A DNA stretch of 64,000 nt from Nemertoderma westbladi (GCA_032718475.1 JAUCBJ010008887.1:1-64000), one strand, 5' to 3'. Positions 1 through 10,925 are shown, numbered from the stretch's first letter. The notes: generated from the letters alone by a model not told the origin. Numbers and translations: made by a program.

Positions 1-1602
1 AATCCTACCAATTACCAGCAAGTATATGGAGATCATTACTCTCGTTTATATTTTGATGGACCATTAACTGCGCCTGGTGCCGTATATAGCTTTATGAGTG
101 TTCCACTTCGCCCTTCCTTAGCTATATACACGATCTTTGAAAACGCAGCACTTGCCGGTTGGCTAGCCGATGTGTGCAGTCGTACCATACGCGCTCACCC
201 ATTAATACTTGGAACTAAACTCGCCAAGTTAGACGAACACAATAAGTTCATACGTTTCGAATGTTTCCGGCGCTTTCTGACTCCGTTCCGTAACGTCGAT
301 AGTCAGTTCAAGGACCGCGCGCTGACCAAACTCAGTCTGAGAGACTCAGCTGCGGAGAAACTGAGTAGCGCTGGATTTGCCGTGTTTCAAGACATTTGTA
401 TACAGAACTCACATTCATCTGTTATACAAAGACCCCGAATACCTACAGGTTATTCTGTCGTGGAAATACAGACAGTGGATCCACTTACTGAGACAGACGC
501 ACCCACTTCGTCTATACAGCTGGAGGATGAACCAGTGTGCTTGGAATCAGAAGCGATTCAGCCTACAACTTCCCGGAGCAGTGACAATGATTATGTCATA
601 GAGTGGTATCAAGGTCCACAGCGTCTCACAGCGTACGATTATCGACACGCCAACTACGTTTCTCGAAAACGTTGTCGATTATGCGCATCGAGAGACCACT
701 TCACCCCTCTAGACTCGAGCGTACCTTGTTCCTATTTCCTCGAACAACCGATGATGGAAATATATTGTGCTTATAGCCGGCTTAATAACTCTCATATATT
801 TGCAGTCTGCCCACAATTTATGACTCAATGTCACTACTGTCAACTTAAAGGACATGAAAGTTACAATTGTCCCTTTAATCGCGATTTAGAGAGCGTAGAC
901 GAGATAATCACCCTGCGATACATCCGAGCTTGGGAAGCGAACGCGGATTTACATTGCGAATCCCGACATCGCTATTACCCTGGACGAGCTTACGAAGGAG
1001 TTTACGCGTTCCATCCTTATCTATTCGCGTCGATTGAACATAAAACACGCGTACCAAGTTACGAGTTAATGAAGCGTGTTGGTGAGTGTATTTCCACCAA
1101 GTTTGTCAGGAAATACCTTAGAAACGTTAACCCTAATGATATAACCACATATCACCTGATCAATTTTATCCGTCAGGACCCTGAGTATGGCGACATCTTT
1201 GTGAACTCGCATCCTGAACTACAGGAAATATCTCGGCGACCATATGAATATCGAACCCGAGAACGCGAGCTGGAGAGAACCATTAAACCGAGAAAGTTCC
1301 TCACCACTCACGGTCCACCCACCGCTAGTGTCCAGACAACCCGTCAGGGACCCGTAGGAGCTGCTGTCCTGAGACGCGCTCTAAAGGCCGTTAGACCTCG
1401 CTCCCCCGAGGTTGATATTAATCAACCAGGTACTTCGACCGGTGGGTATACCGATCGTAACCCTGCACCTTCTGATGCAATTATATTGCACCCTTCGCCT
1501 AGGAGCTACAGCCCTCCTCGTAAAGTGGCTCGCCCCAAAGAGAAAAGGACTCTTGCTAGCTTTAAAAAACTGTGTAAACGCCGTCCGCGCAAGAAAGACT
1601 AA
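1..1602 (+). CDS. Accessory ORF3 of BEL family A, Cys/His zinc-knuckle protein (5'-partial; frame open from base 1, first ATG at 94)
   Basis: No stop in frame from 1 to 1599. Motifs CRLCASRDH, CAYSRLNNSHIFAVC and CHYCQLKGHESYNC (CX2CX4HX4C), plus a basic C-terminus. Homologous to 48620-49513. Confidence 0.8.
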   Translation, partial: NPTNYQQVYGDHYSRLYFDGPLTAPGAVYSFMSVPLRPSLAIYTIFENAALAGWLADVCSRTIRAHPLILGTKLAKLDEHNKFIRFECFRRFLTPFRNVDSQFKDRALTKLSLRDSAAEKLSSAGFAVFQDICIQNSHSSVIQRPRIPTGYSVVEIQTVDPLTETDAPTSSIQLEDEPVCLESEAIQPTTSRSSDNDYVIEWYQGPQRLTAYDYRHANYVSRKRCRLCASRDHFTPLDSSVPCSYFLEQPMMEIYCAYSRLNNSHIFAVCPQFMTQCHYCQLKGHESYNCPFNRDLESVDEIITLRYIRAWEANADLHCESRHRYYPGRAYEGVYAFHPYLFASIEHKTRVPSYELMKRVGECISTKFVRKYLRNVNPNDITTYHLINFIRQDPEYGDIFVNSHPELQEISRRPYEYRTRERELERTIKPRKFLTTHGPPTASVQTTRQGPVGAAVLRRALKAVRPRSPEVDINQPGTSTGGYTDRNPAPSDAIILHPSPRSYSPPRKVARPKEKRTLASFKKLCKRRPRKKD

Positions 1603-1680
1603 CTGTTTAGAGTATTTATGTATATTAGAAATTGTGATTTTGTATATTTTATAGACTTAAATCCCATTTTCTGGGAGCGG

Positions 1681-2875
1681 TGTAAAAGCTTTTGTGGGAT
1701 AACTGATTCGTTTGCCTTGCTAACCAGTTCCCCCCAGGCGCTGGAGTACTCTAAAAAGGGATCTATAACTCGAATAGCGCAAGCTACCGGCTGATTGGCT
1801 GATTTGCTGTGCGAAGGGATCTGGGCTACGTTTGATTGTCCAACCAGCTTGGGAAAGTTGCCCCACAGCCCTGCTGTCTGTACCTGCCAATAGGATTTGA
1901 GTTGATTTTGATTTCGACCTATCACAGATCTACTGAACTGAATTTTCCTATCTGTATGCTCTTTCTCTGTGTTGGGTGGAAGCCTTTGTAAATTAGGTTA
2001 TTCTTATCAGTTTTCAGTGTTGTTGGTCTTTATTTCCTGAGCCAGGAGAGAACGGCTTGGAAATATTTTGTGCTTTTCTGTTTTAGTCGAACACTAGTAG
2101 GCTTAATTATAAGGACATATATCCGTTATCAAACTGACAAACAAACTGGTTATCCATCCAATCCAAACTAATGAACACACTGAATCACTGTGTATACTTT
2201 TATATTGTTATACTGCTATTTACTGTCAGTTCTTCATAATATGGTTGATGAATTATTATATTTGGAATAACGATAAATAACCCCGAAACCCAATATTCTT
2301 GATATACCGAAGGTAAGAGAGAAAGGTTACATATAACGATTGTGACTTATGTTAAAGTGGTTTGAAGTGAATCTAATGTTATTTGATAGACCCTACATGA
2401 GTCGGTCCGTGTTCCTTTTATATATAACTAAAATCAGTGAAGATCGGCAGATCAGTGTGCAGTATTGTGCAGCATTGTGTATGAGTGAGCCTGATAACGA
2501 AGCATTTCCTAAAGAATGCGCCATATATGTGAATTATAACTAAGCCATATCGTTGTGAGTAGTTTAAGTCATAACTCGGTGTATATAGATAGAGCGCCAC
2601 GTCCTAAAGGAACTGTTAATATTTCCCGAAGGTGAATAATATTGTCAGAGATTATATAATACTGTCAGTCGAATAATACATTAAGCTTACTTAGCAATAA
2701 GATTAAGCCGTCGAACCCAAACTCCCGGGTATATCCAGCGGGTGAATGATCGCGCACAGATTGGTTTCGACTAGTGTAGTGAATTAAATACTTGTCATAG
2801 ACTAAAAGTGATTTATTATCTAGAAGACATCCTAATTTGGCGGGTTAAACTGCCAAAGGTCTGAAAGCGCGAACA
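1681..2875 (+). repeat. 3' LTR of family-A copy A1 (1195 bp, TG...CA)
   Basis: Starts tgtaaaagcttttg after the purine-rich ctgggagcgg and ends gcgcgaaca. Colinear with the LTR at 33872-35065 (shared blocks such as gatagagcgccacgtcctaaaggaactgttaatatttcccgaa). Confidence 0.92.
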
Positions 2876-2877
2876 GA

Positions 2878-5114
2878 GTATACAAATTGAAGGATGAGTG
2901 GGACGTAGAGGTACCAGAGGAAATCAAGAAACAGTGGAGTAAGTGGACAGGAGACGTGGAGAAGATGGGAACATACAACATGCCACGAGTGTATTTCCCG
3001 GATGGGAACATGACGAATCTGGACCTACACATGTTCTCCGATGCGTCGTTGGAGGCGTACGGAGCTGCACTCTATTTAGTACAACGAGAGGGGGCTCACA
3101 AGCCCAGACTGGCCTTTAGCAAAGCAAAGTCAACGCCGCCAGATTCAGCATCAGTTCCCAAATTAGAATTGACAGCTGCGAGACTAGGAGTTAGAGCCAC
3201 AGCCTACCTAGTGGATACTATTCCCAACATAGTGGAGACACACTACTGGACGGACTCCATGGTAGTGCTTGGTTGGCTACATAACGAAAGGACGAGATAC
3301 CCAATATTCGTCGCGAATAGGGTGGACGAGATAAGGGCGACCACAGAATTGGAAAGGTGGCACTACTGCCCAACGGATGAGAACCCAGCGGACTTGTTAT
3401 CACGGGGCGTGGCACGCCACACTTTCTTAAAAAAGGAAGGATTGTGGCAACACGGGCCGCAGTTTCTGAGCGACAAGGAGGCCTGGCCGCCGATGAGAAA
3501 GGTGGACCCGGACTCAGGAGAGGTAGTGTCAGAAGGAGAAGAGGGAGATTCAGAGGGAGAAGAGATATACTCCCAGATGGTGAGGGAGACGTGCAACCTA
3601 AACCAGAAGAACTGTGCGATAACCCGACAGATAAACTCCTCAGCTACAGCTCTAGTTGGTATAAGACCAAGAAATTAGTGGCGTACTGGAGAGCCTTCGG
3701 GAATTTCCTCGCGGGAGTTGGCAAGGACAAGAAGATCAGGACAACCATAGATCTGGAAGGAGCGGCCAAGGCAGTCATCCGCTATGAACAACAGAAGAAC
3801 TATGGCGACGAGGTGGAACGCGTCGGTAACCAACAGCACCTTCGACGGGACAGCGAGCTAATCACGCTGTCGCCACAACTTAATGACGACGGGATTCTAG
3901 TAAGGAATTCTAGGGTGGGATACAACAACAGCATAGTCGTACCACCGAAACCCATCATCATTCCCACAGGATCGCCGATAGTCCACCAGATTATCTGGGA
4001 CTCCCATAAGTCAATATTGCACGGGGGCACCAACCGAACCCTCACGGAGATAAGGAGGACCTTTTGGGTCAAACAGTTGAGGAAGAAGGTAAAAGCGGTA
4101 GTGGGGCAGTGCCAGACCTGCCGACGAGCAAAGAAGGCGAGAGCCATACAAGAGATGGCACCACTACCGGCGAGTAGAGTAAGACAGCACGACCCGCCAT
4201 TTACACATTGCGGTGTGGACATGTTCGGGCCGATAAAGATCAAGGTGATGCGGCACACGGAGAAACGCTACGGTATTATCTTCGTATGTAACAACACGCG
4301 GGCGGTAGGGATAGAACTCGCCCAAGATGCAACCGCATCAGCATTTATTAATGCATTAGAAAGATTCAGAGACCGCAAAGGTGGGACGATCGCAGTGATA
4401 TACAGCGACAACGGCACCAATTTTGTGGGGGCAGAGAACGAGATGGCAGAGGCCTTGGATATCCTGGAAGGAGAAGAAGTCAGGGCAGCCATGAGGCGAC
4501 GACAAGTAAAGTGGGAGAGAAGGACGCCGTATGCACCACATACACTAGGATGCGTCGAGAGACTGGTGGGCAGTTCGAAGCGTCTCATGACGAAATTAAT
4601 GAACACCCATATGGTCACAGAGGACGTCTTGAGAACAGTATTAGCGAAGTGTGAGGGTATCATTAATAGCAGACCACTATATCCGGAGAATGATGACCCT
4701 GAGTCACTAGACGTGCTGACGCCAAGCCATTTTCTAATGGAAAGGCCAGCGACCATCGATATGCGGGGTGTAGATCCAGACGACATACACTCCCGCCAAA
4801 GTTGGAAAGTCGCTAAAGCAATAAGCGCAGAGTATTGGAGGAGGGGGGTAGAAGAATACCTACCCACGCTCCATAAAAGAAGCAAGTAGAGGAAGCCGAA
4901 TAGGGAGTTAAGAGTAGGAGATCTCGTAATCGTTACGGATGATACTATCATCAACAACCAGTGGCGGTTGGCGAGAGTTGTAGGCACTTACTCCGATGAG
5001 GACGGAAGAGTCCGATCGGTAGAAGTGCGGATAGGTGGTAAGATAGGTGCGAAGGACAGAAAAACCTACAGGAGAGCTGTAGGGAAATGCTGTCTGTTAG
5101 AAGGGGCACCTTAG
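2878..5114 (+). pseudogene. pol: BEL/Pao pol C-terminal part (RNase H/peptidase A17 region, integrase, C-terminal GPY/F-like region), with one frameshift and one premature stop
   Basis: LHMFSDAS, SVPKLELTAA, YWTDS, FVANRV, ENPADLLSRG; integrase H-H-C-C, GVDMFGP, SDNGTNF, GCVERLV. Frameshift near 3590-3620. TAG at 4887-4889 replaces the W of RSKW, and the frame continues (VGDLV..WRLARV..DGRVRSV) to TAG 5112-5114. Confidence 0.93.
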
Positions 5115-5270
5115 TGGAGTTAGAGAAGAGTTTAGTCGTCCAAGCTTTGGACTGAGGGGGGTGGGATTGAGGGCGAGACACCCTTCCCACACATAAAAAA
5201 TAGAAAATAAAAATAAAATAATAGTACATAGTAGGTACGCAATTAGTAGGCAGAAGTTAGTCAGTAAGAA

Positions 5271-5822
5271 GGTACGTAGTACCTAGAGTTAGTTAGTTAA
5301 GAGGTACATAGTACCTAGAGTTAGTTAGTTAGTTAGGAGGTACGTAGTACCTAGAGTTAGTTAGTTAAGAGGTACGTAGTACCTAGAGTTAGTTAGTTAG
5401 TTAGGAGGTACGTAGTACCTAGAGTTAGTTAGTTAGTTAGGAGGTACGTAGTACCGCTAGTTAGGAGAGAGTTAGAGGGTACGTAGTACCGTGAGTTAGA
5501 GGGTACGTAGTACCGCTAGTTAGGAGAGAGTTAGAGGGTACGTAGTACCGCTAGTTAGGAGAGAGTTAGAGGGTACGTAGTACCATGAGTTAGAGGGTAC
5601 GTAGTACCGTTAGTTAGAGAGTTAGAGGGTACGTAGTACCGTTAGTTAGAGAGTTAGAGGGTACGTAGTACCGTTAGTTAGAGAGTTAGAGGGTACGTAG
5701 TACCGTTAGTTAGAGAGCAGTAAGAGGGTACTTAGTACCGTTAGTTAGAGAAGAGTTAGAGGGTACGTAGTACCGTTAGTTAGTTAAAGAGAGCAAGAGT
5801 TAGTTAGAAAGTACGTAGTACT
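5271..5822 (+). repeat. Tandem array of about 17 units with quasi-palindromic core GGTAC-GTA-GTACC and (GTTA/GA)-rich spacers
   Basis: Read directly; unit length about 24-48 bp; lies between pol and ORF3 of B1. Confidence 0.95.
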
Positions 5823-6178
5823 AGTTAGTAAGAGATAGAGATAGAGGTAGAAGGGTATATATGGTATAGATATCAGTTAGTAATTAGTAGCGAGAGGGGG
5901 GCATATGAGTACAGCTGGATAAATCGTGTGGCCACACGACGCATACTGTTGTACTGCACAGGCCCACAGAGTAGGCCAGAATGTGGATTAGGAGATAGAA
6001 TAATCCATAGGCAGTAGCAAGTAGTAGGACAGTAGGGTTATAATAAATTAAAAATAAATAGGATAAATAGGGCTAAGAAGGGGAACAAAATTATGGTAAC
6101 AGTAATAAGAAAATATAGGCTATTTAACTCAGAAATTCAGAAAGAGATAGGCCATCGAACTGAACTTAAACCACCTAA

Positions 6179-7678
6179 ACCCATCACTCATCACGTTTGC
6201 GCCTTGGCAAGGCACCACCTACTGGTGAGCGATCGGGCAGAGTTCGAGATGGCAGGCAAACTAGATGGGAGAGGAGAGAAGCAGAAGAGAGGGAGGAGGA
6301 AGCTAGGGCGCAGAGCTACGGCTTTGAGGAACAAACGACCTTAGACGAACTTCGCTGGGCTTCGTCAGGGAGTTCGGGGGAGTCTCTAGGGAAAGAACTG
6401 GGGCGGACGGTGGGATCACCGAGACAGTCGACGTCGGGATTGCAAGCGATGCCCATACCAGCGGGCGCCGAGGGCGATCAACCGCAAAGGAAGCTAGGGG
6501 AGCTCGAGGAATGGAGAGTTACGGGCAAGAACCAAGGCGGGAAGGGACATAGTGGGTCCACCAGGATACCGGGGTTGGGACCACTGCGAGAGGAGGACGA
6601 GGACGACGACGAGTTTGGAGAGATGCCGCCCATCGAGAGAATAGGCCACTCGGACACGGACTGGGCTGGCGGGAGGGTGGTGACGGCCAGTGGGGGGAGA
6701 GCCTTCTGGGACAAACCCGGCAAGCGGGCCTGGGTGCATGAGGAGCCGGCAATGGATTTCGCGGGGAGCACTATCAGGTTGGGCGAGCAACCGGGGACGG
6801 CACCACGGGTAGTATTTGGAGAGACGATGCCCGGGAGGGGCGAGGAGATCGACGTAGACAGGGACGCTAACGTCCAGAAGTTCGCCTATCAGTGACTCCA
6901 CAGACCGAGGAGATCGCTTGGGACGAAAGACGACGTGGGGCGGGAGACATTGGTGCTCGGTTGCGACTACTGTGGGAGACAGACCCACCAGGAAAGGAGC
7001 TGTTTGTACCGGTTCCAGAAAGGGACCAGCTGTCTCTACTGCCACAAGACGAGCCACAGGATGGGAGCGTGTCCACGGTTGCAGAACCGATGTCCGAAGT
7101 GCAACTTTCGGGGACACCACGGACGCCAGTGCGACTGGATGGACGACGAAGAGAAGTTCAGAAGATTCGAGGAGTGGGCCGACGTCGGGGCCATGACGCG
7201 CCAGCGCATGAAGGCCCAGGAGTTCAAGTGGGGTTTCTTCCTTATCAATCAGGAAGCTCACATGGAAATCATAAAGCGGAGGCTACCGTTTACCTATCAA
7301 GAGGTAGCAATGGTGGCATCGTATGCCGGGGTGATGAATACACAAAGGTATTTGGACAGGTGGACGCCACAGAACCGAGGGGAGTTTAGGGATTTCTTGG
7401 CGGAGCACGTGCCGCGAGCAATGAAGATGATCATATGGGACGCCACCAGGGGGAGACAACAGGGCCACTTGGAGGGGCCACCCGCGAAGCGATATCGGGA
7501 GCTGATAACACCAACACCCAGGGAGCCAGCGACAGGGATCAGCAAGGAAGTGGCGGCGAGGGTCCGGAGACAGAAAGCGGATCCCAGAGGAGCGGTAGTG
7601 ACCAGGAAAAAACCCAGGGAGGAGGACGACAAAGGGAAAGACTTGAGGTGGTTCCCAAAGTCAGGGGGGATGAACTGA
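6179..7678 (+). pseudogene. Accessory ORF3 of BEL family B, triple CCHC zinc-knuckle protein (about 500 codons, one in-frame TGA at 6893-6895)
   Basis: ORFs 6197..6895 and 6935..7678 share a frame. Motifs CDYCGRQTHQERSC, CLYCHKTSHRMGAC and CPKCNFRGHHGRQC, then FEEWAD. Confidence 0.75.
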
Positions 7679-8358
7679 GACTTCAATGTGGTACGCCTGG
7701 AAGGCGCCACGTGGGACGTACGAACTATTAAGTACAAACTCAAACTGATGCAAATAATTAAATAAGTGCAATTATATGTATGTACGTAGTAATCAGTAGT
7801 TTAGTCAAAAAAAAAAATATACGTTCGAAGTAAGTACTATAGTCACTCAACCTTTCTCAATTAGCTACTGGGACTGGGGGGCAAACTGACTATGGTACTA
7901 TGGACGAGACACCAGACGACTTCACATTTCTTGAGTGCAACGGCACAAAGGGGGGTGAGACTCGTCAGATGAGATAGGGTAGTCAAAGAGAGACGGAGCA
8001 ACAGTGCGAAGTGCGGAGAGAGTGCGGATGCAATTCTAGTGTGGGGGGGGAGGAATAAGAGGCTGAGTGAGGGATGAGGAGGTCCGAGGGTGTGCGAGAG
8101 TTAGGGTGAGAGTTGAGAAGAGATAGGGCGAAAGTGTTGGGGAAACAAAAGTCGTGTGAGAGGTGAGCGGATCGGCCCGACATGGGACGCCAGGCATACA
8201 GGGTAGCGTTATCATACCCATAGGGAGCGGCCTGGAAAGCCGGCTCCGAGAGAAAAGCATTCCACCCCACACCCGATACTAGATCGGGATCCAGCGGGAT
8301 TGTAGCGCACTTTGAGGTGGATGCTATCTTCTCACCGGGAAGATAGCATGGGGGGGAG

Positions 8359-8902
8359 TGTTAGCTTATTCAATCCCGCGAACCCAAACCCATAAAGTAA
8401 GCCGATAAGCAATATTGGGGGCCACGAAATTGGGTAATCAATCACTCGTGTCACCCCAACAAAATGGGAAGGAGAAACACACAATGAGGGTCAGGGGCCA
8501 AACCCCTAACAGAGAGAGAATAGGTGGAGTGAACGGGAACACTCCAAATGGCGCCAACAAGGGTATCAACCAATCAGAGGGGGGAAAGGCATCGGCTAGG
8601 TAGAGTAACAAGGCCAACCCGTGCAATATAACTGGTTGGCAGTAATCATTTCATTCAGTTATCTCAGTGTTAGTTATTGGTGTTACTGTAGTTTACAACA
8701 TTTAGCTAGGGAAGTACCGGGACTTCAATTACCGTATCCCGCTTTCCATGTACAACAACATTATTATTATATCATATCTATATCTATATACCCAAGTATT
8801 ATACACATCGAACAACCGAAACTCTTTTACTCTTCACACACGGCGGGGACGCGTGAACTGACAAAACCGGATAAATCAGGATCCTATCTGGATCCCGTCA
8901 CA
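8359..8902 (+). repeat. 3' LTR of family-B copy B1 (544 bp, TG...CA)
   Basis: tgttagcttattc...gatcccgtcaca, preceded by a PPT. Highly similar to 62485-63032 and, reverse-complemented, to 46943-47482. Confidence 0.95.
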
Positions 8903-8903
8903 C

Positions 8904-9824
8904 AATTTACTATTTACAACATACGAAACTAAAAATGGGCTACTGGGTGCGGGTGGTTTTCATCAACCTTTATCTGAACACGGAAATGAAATTGACCCAG
9001 GCGCGCATCCTATTGGCAATGCCTTTAGTAAACAAATGCAATTTGTAAGTGGATTGACGATTGATTTTGATTCTGAAAGTAAAATAATACAACCCGGGTA
9101 TGATTTAAGAATGCATTTTAGAAAAGTATCAAATTCGTTTATTTTTAAAATCACTCCAAACGCAAACGCTGTGACAAATCTTCGGTTAGAATTAGATGAA
9201 GTAAAGATCCTAATCCCTAGAATGGAGGTTAATCCCATAATAGAAAGCAGTCACCTAAAAGGTTTAGAGAGTTACGATATTGAATATCAATTCCAAAAAA
9301 AGGAGGTTACAACATTTACTATTCCCGCTCAAACCACAAATTACACCCAAACAAACATATTTGATGGTAAAAAACCCAAATTAGTTATTATCGGTTTTAT
9401 AACAAATAATGCATATTCGGGAGAATTAATTAGCAATCCCTTGAAATTTGAACATTTTAACCTTAGACGCGCGGAACTGATTGTAGACGGTCTTCCAGTA
9501 GGTGGTGTAATATACGAGCCTAATTTTACAGATGGAACATACATTTTTGAGTATACTCAATTAATGAAAAACATTAATACATATATTAACGGTTATGGAG
9601 GTAATAATATAGACCATGAAACCTACTTAGGTAATTGCCCGCTCATATCTTGGGACCTAACCGCCGACGGCTATGTTAGAGATCCGCAACCATCGATATA
9701 TACTAACGGCCAATTAAAATTAAGATTTGCCGAACCGTTGATTGAGACCATAAATGTAATCGTTTTTAATATTTATGATCAATCATTAAGTTTAAATAGC
9801 AGGAAAGAAATACATATCGATTAA
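8904..9824 (+). CDS. Polinton double-jelly-roll major capsid protein (PY/hexon-like), C-terminal part, 5'-interrupted by BEL B1
   Basis: Frame is open from the LTR junction (NLLFTTYETKNGLLGAGGF...). Motifs FTIP..T....NIFDGKKPKLVIIGF..N.AYSG...SNPLKFEHFNL.....VDG are typical of metazoan Polinton MCPs. Confidence 0.88.
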   Translation, partial: NLLFTTYETKNGLLGAGGFHQPLSEHGNEIDPGAHPIGNAFSKQMQFVSGLTIDFDSESKIIQPGYDLRMHFRKVSNSFIFKITPNANAVTNLRLELDEVKILIPRMEVNPIIESSHLKGLESYDIEYQFQKKEVTTFTIPAQTTNYTQTNIFDGKKPKLVIIGFITNNAYSGELISNPLKFEHFNLRRAELIVDGLPVGGVIYEPNFTDGTYIFEYTQLMKNINTYINGYGGNNIDHETYLGNCPLISWDLTADGYVRDPQPSIYTNGQLKLRFAEPLIETINVIVFNIYDQSLSLNSRKEIHID

Positions 9825-9826
9825 GT

Positions 9827-10285
9827 ATGTTATCTACAGAGGACCTTGATATGTTTCCAGTGGGTGGTCACTATTTGGGAGCGTTTCCATCTAACAAATT
9901 ACCTAAATTAGATAATAATAATAAACGGAGGAGAGATTATGGGTTAATAGTAAACACCGATAAACAGCATCTGCCCGGGGTTCATTGGATCGCTATATAT
10001 ATACGAGATAATGAGGCTGAATTATTTAATTCATTCGGACCAAAATATCCAAACAGATGTATCGAAAAATGGCTTGAGAAAAATTCAGCGAGGTGGCGTA
10101 CTACCCGGAAACAATTTCAAGACCCCAGGAGGACCACATGTGGATTATACTGTCTTTATTACTTGGTAAATCGAATTCACACAAACTATCCAATGAGAGC
10201 GTTTACAAATAATGTGGAAATAAATGAAATAATATTATATAAATGGCTTGTTAATTATTATAAAATAAACCAACAAGCGTTGTAA
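9827..10285 (+). CDS. Adenain-like (adenovirus C5-type) cysteine protease
   Basis: LGAFPSNKLP, IVNTD....PGVHWIAI, LFNSFG and QFQ.....TCGLYC give the His, acid/Asn, Gln and Cys catalytic pattern; directly follows the MCP. Confidence 0.92.
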   Translation: MLSTEDLDMFPVGGHYLGAFPSNKLPKLDNNNKRRRDYGLIVNTDKQHLPGVHWIAIYIRDNEAELFNSFGPKYPNRCIEKWLEKNSARWRTTRKQFQDPRRTTCGLYCLYYLVNRIHTNYPMRAFTNNVEINEIILYKWLVNYYKINQQAL

Positions 10286-10316
10286 TTAATCATTTAACTT
10301 TTGTTTATCAGATAAA

Positions 10317-10925
10317 ATGGATAATATTATTTTTGTTGATTTTCAATATTATAAGATAGACAATAAGGAATATCCAGTAGCATTTAAAGAATTTGCTATA
10401 TTCGATTCTAATTACACCAAAACTAATGTAAAGACGTTTTTAATTAAAGGTCCGCCTAATATTAAGTTATCAGCAATAGATGTAGCTCACGTAAACAATT
10501 TACGAGACATGACTTCGCATTTACCTTGGGATTACGGTGACATTTCGCAAGATGACTTTAAAAAATACATGAAGAGACATTTAAAATATAAAAAAAATAT
10601 ACATGTATTTGGTTTGATGAAGCGGGCAATATTAGTTTCCCAACTTGATGTTCTCGCACCAAATTCGATGGAGAAATTGTGGATATATCAATATCGGCAA
10701 TATTACAATTATTTAACCCCCTGTCGCTTCCACGATCAATTTATTGCACTAGAAAATAAATGTGCATTCCACTTAAACACAAGGGATAACTGTCTGCAGT
10801 ACTGCTCTGCTAAACGTGTCGGCGGGTTTGAATTGAAACGATTTTTCGTGAGAAAGCGTTTAACTGACACTGATGATGATAAACAGAAAGAAATAACTGC
10901 GGTGGAAGATGTACTCGTACAGTAG
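10317..10925 (+). CDS. Polinton accessory protein, DEDD/RNase-H-fold nuclease-like with C-terminal Cys/His cluster
   Basis: IIFVDFQ...FKEFAI, HLPWDYGDI and CAFH...CLQYCSA resemble a recurrent Polinton accessory ORF; the function is inferred. Confidence 0.6.
   Translation: MDNIIFVDFQYYKIDNKEYPVAFKEFAIFDSNYTKTNVKTFLIKGPPNIKLSAIDVAHVNNLRDMTSHLPWDYGDISQDDFKKYMKRHLKYKKNIHVFGLMKRAILVSQLDVLAPNSMEKLWIYQYRQYYNYLTPCRFHDQFIALENKCAFHLNTRDNCLQYCSAKRVGGFELKRFFVRKRLTDTDDDKQKEITAVEDVLVQ

Larger units (their letters stand above)
1..2875 (+). mobile_element. 3' part of BEL/Pao LTR retrotransposon, family A (copy A1): ORF3, PPT and 3' LTR, inserted into pol of family-B copy B1
   Basis: ORF3 and the sequence before the LTR (atcccattttctgggagcgg|tgtaaaagc) match the 3' end of the full-length element at 33872-50386. 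The LTR end aaagcgcgaaca abuts BEL pol sequence at 2876. Confidence 0.9.
2876..8902 (+). mobile_element. 3' half of BEL/Pao LTR retrotransposon, family B (copy B1), inserted into the Polinton capsid gene
   Basis: RNase H and integrase, tandem array, ORF3, PPT gggggggag (8350-8358) and LTR 8359-8902. The capsid frame resumes at 8904. Confidence 0.92.

Noticed and set aside
94-1602. ORF3 as an envelope glycoprotein
   Set aside because: No transmembrane helix or fusion-protein pattern in the visible part; it has zinc knuckles and a basic tail. The N-terminus lies outside the window.
3800-4987. Antisense ORFs overlapping integrase, and similar ones over gag, RT and kelch
   Set aside because: Shadow ORFs of real coding frames with no recognisable motifs.
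5271-5822. CRISPR-like array of palindromic repeats
   Set aside because: Spacers are repetitive rather than unique, the core is only 13 bp, the context is a eukaryotic retrotransposon and there are no cas genes.
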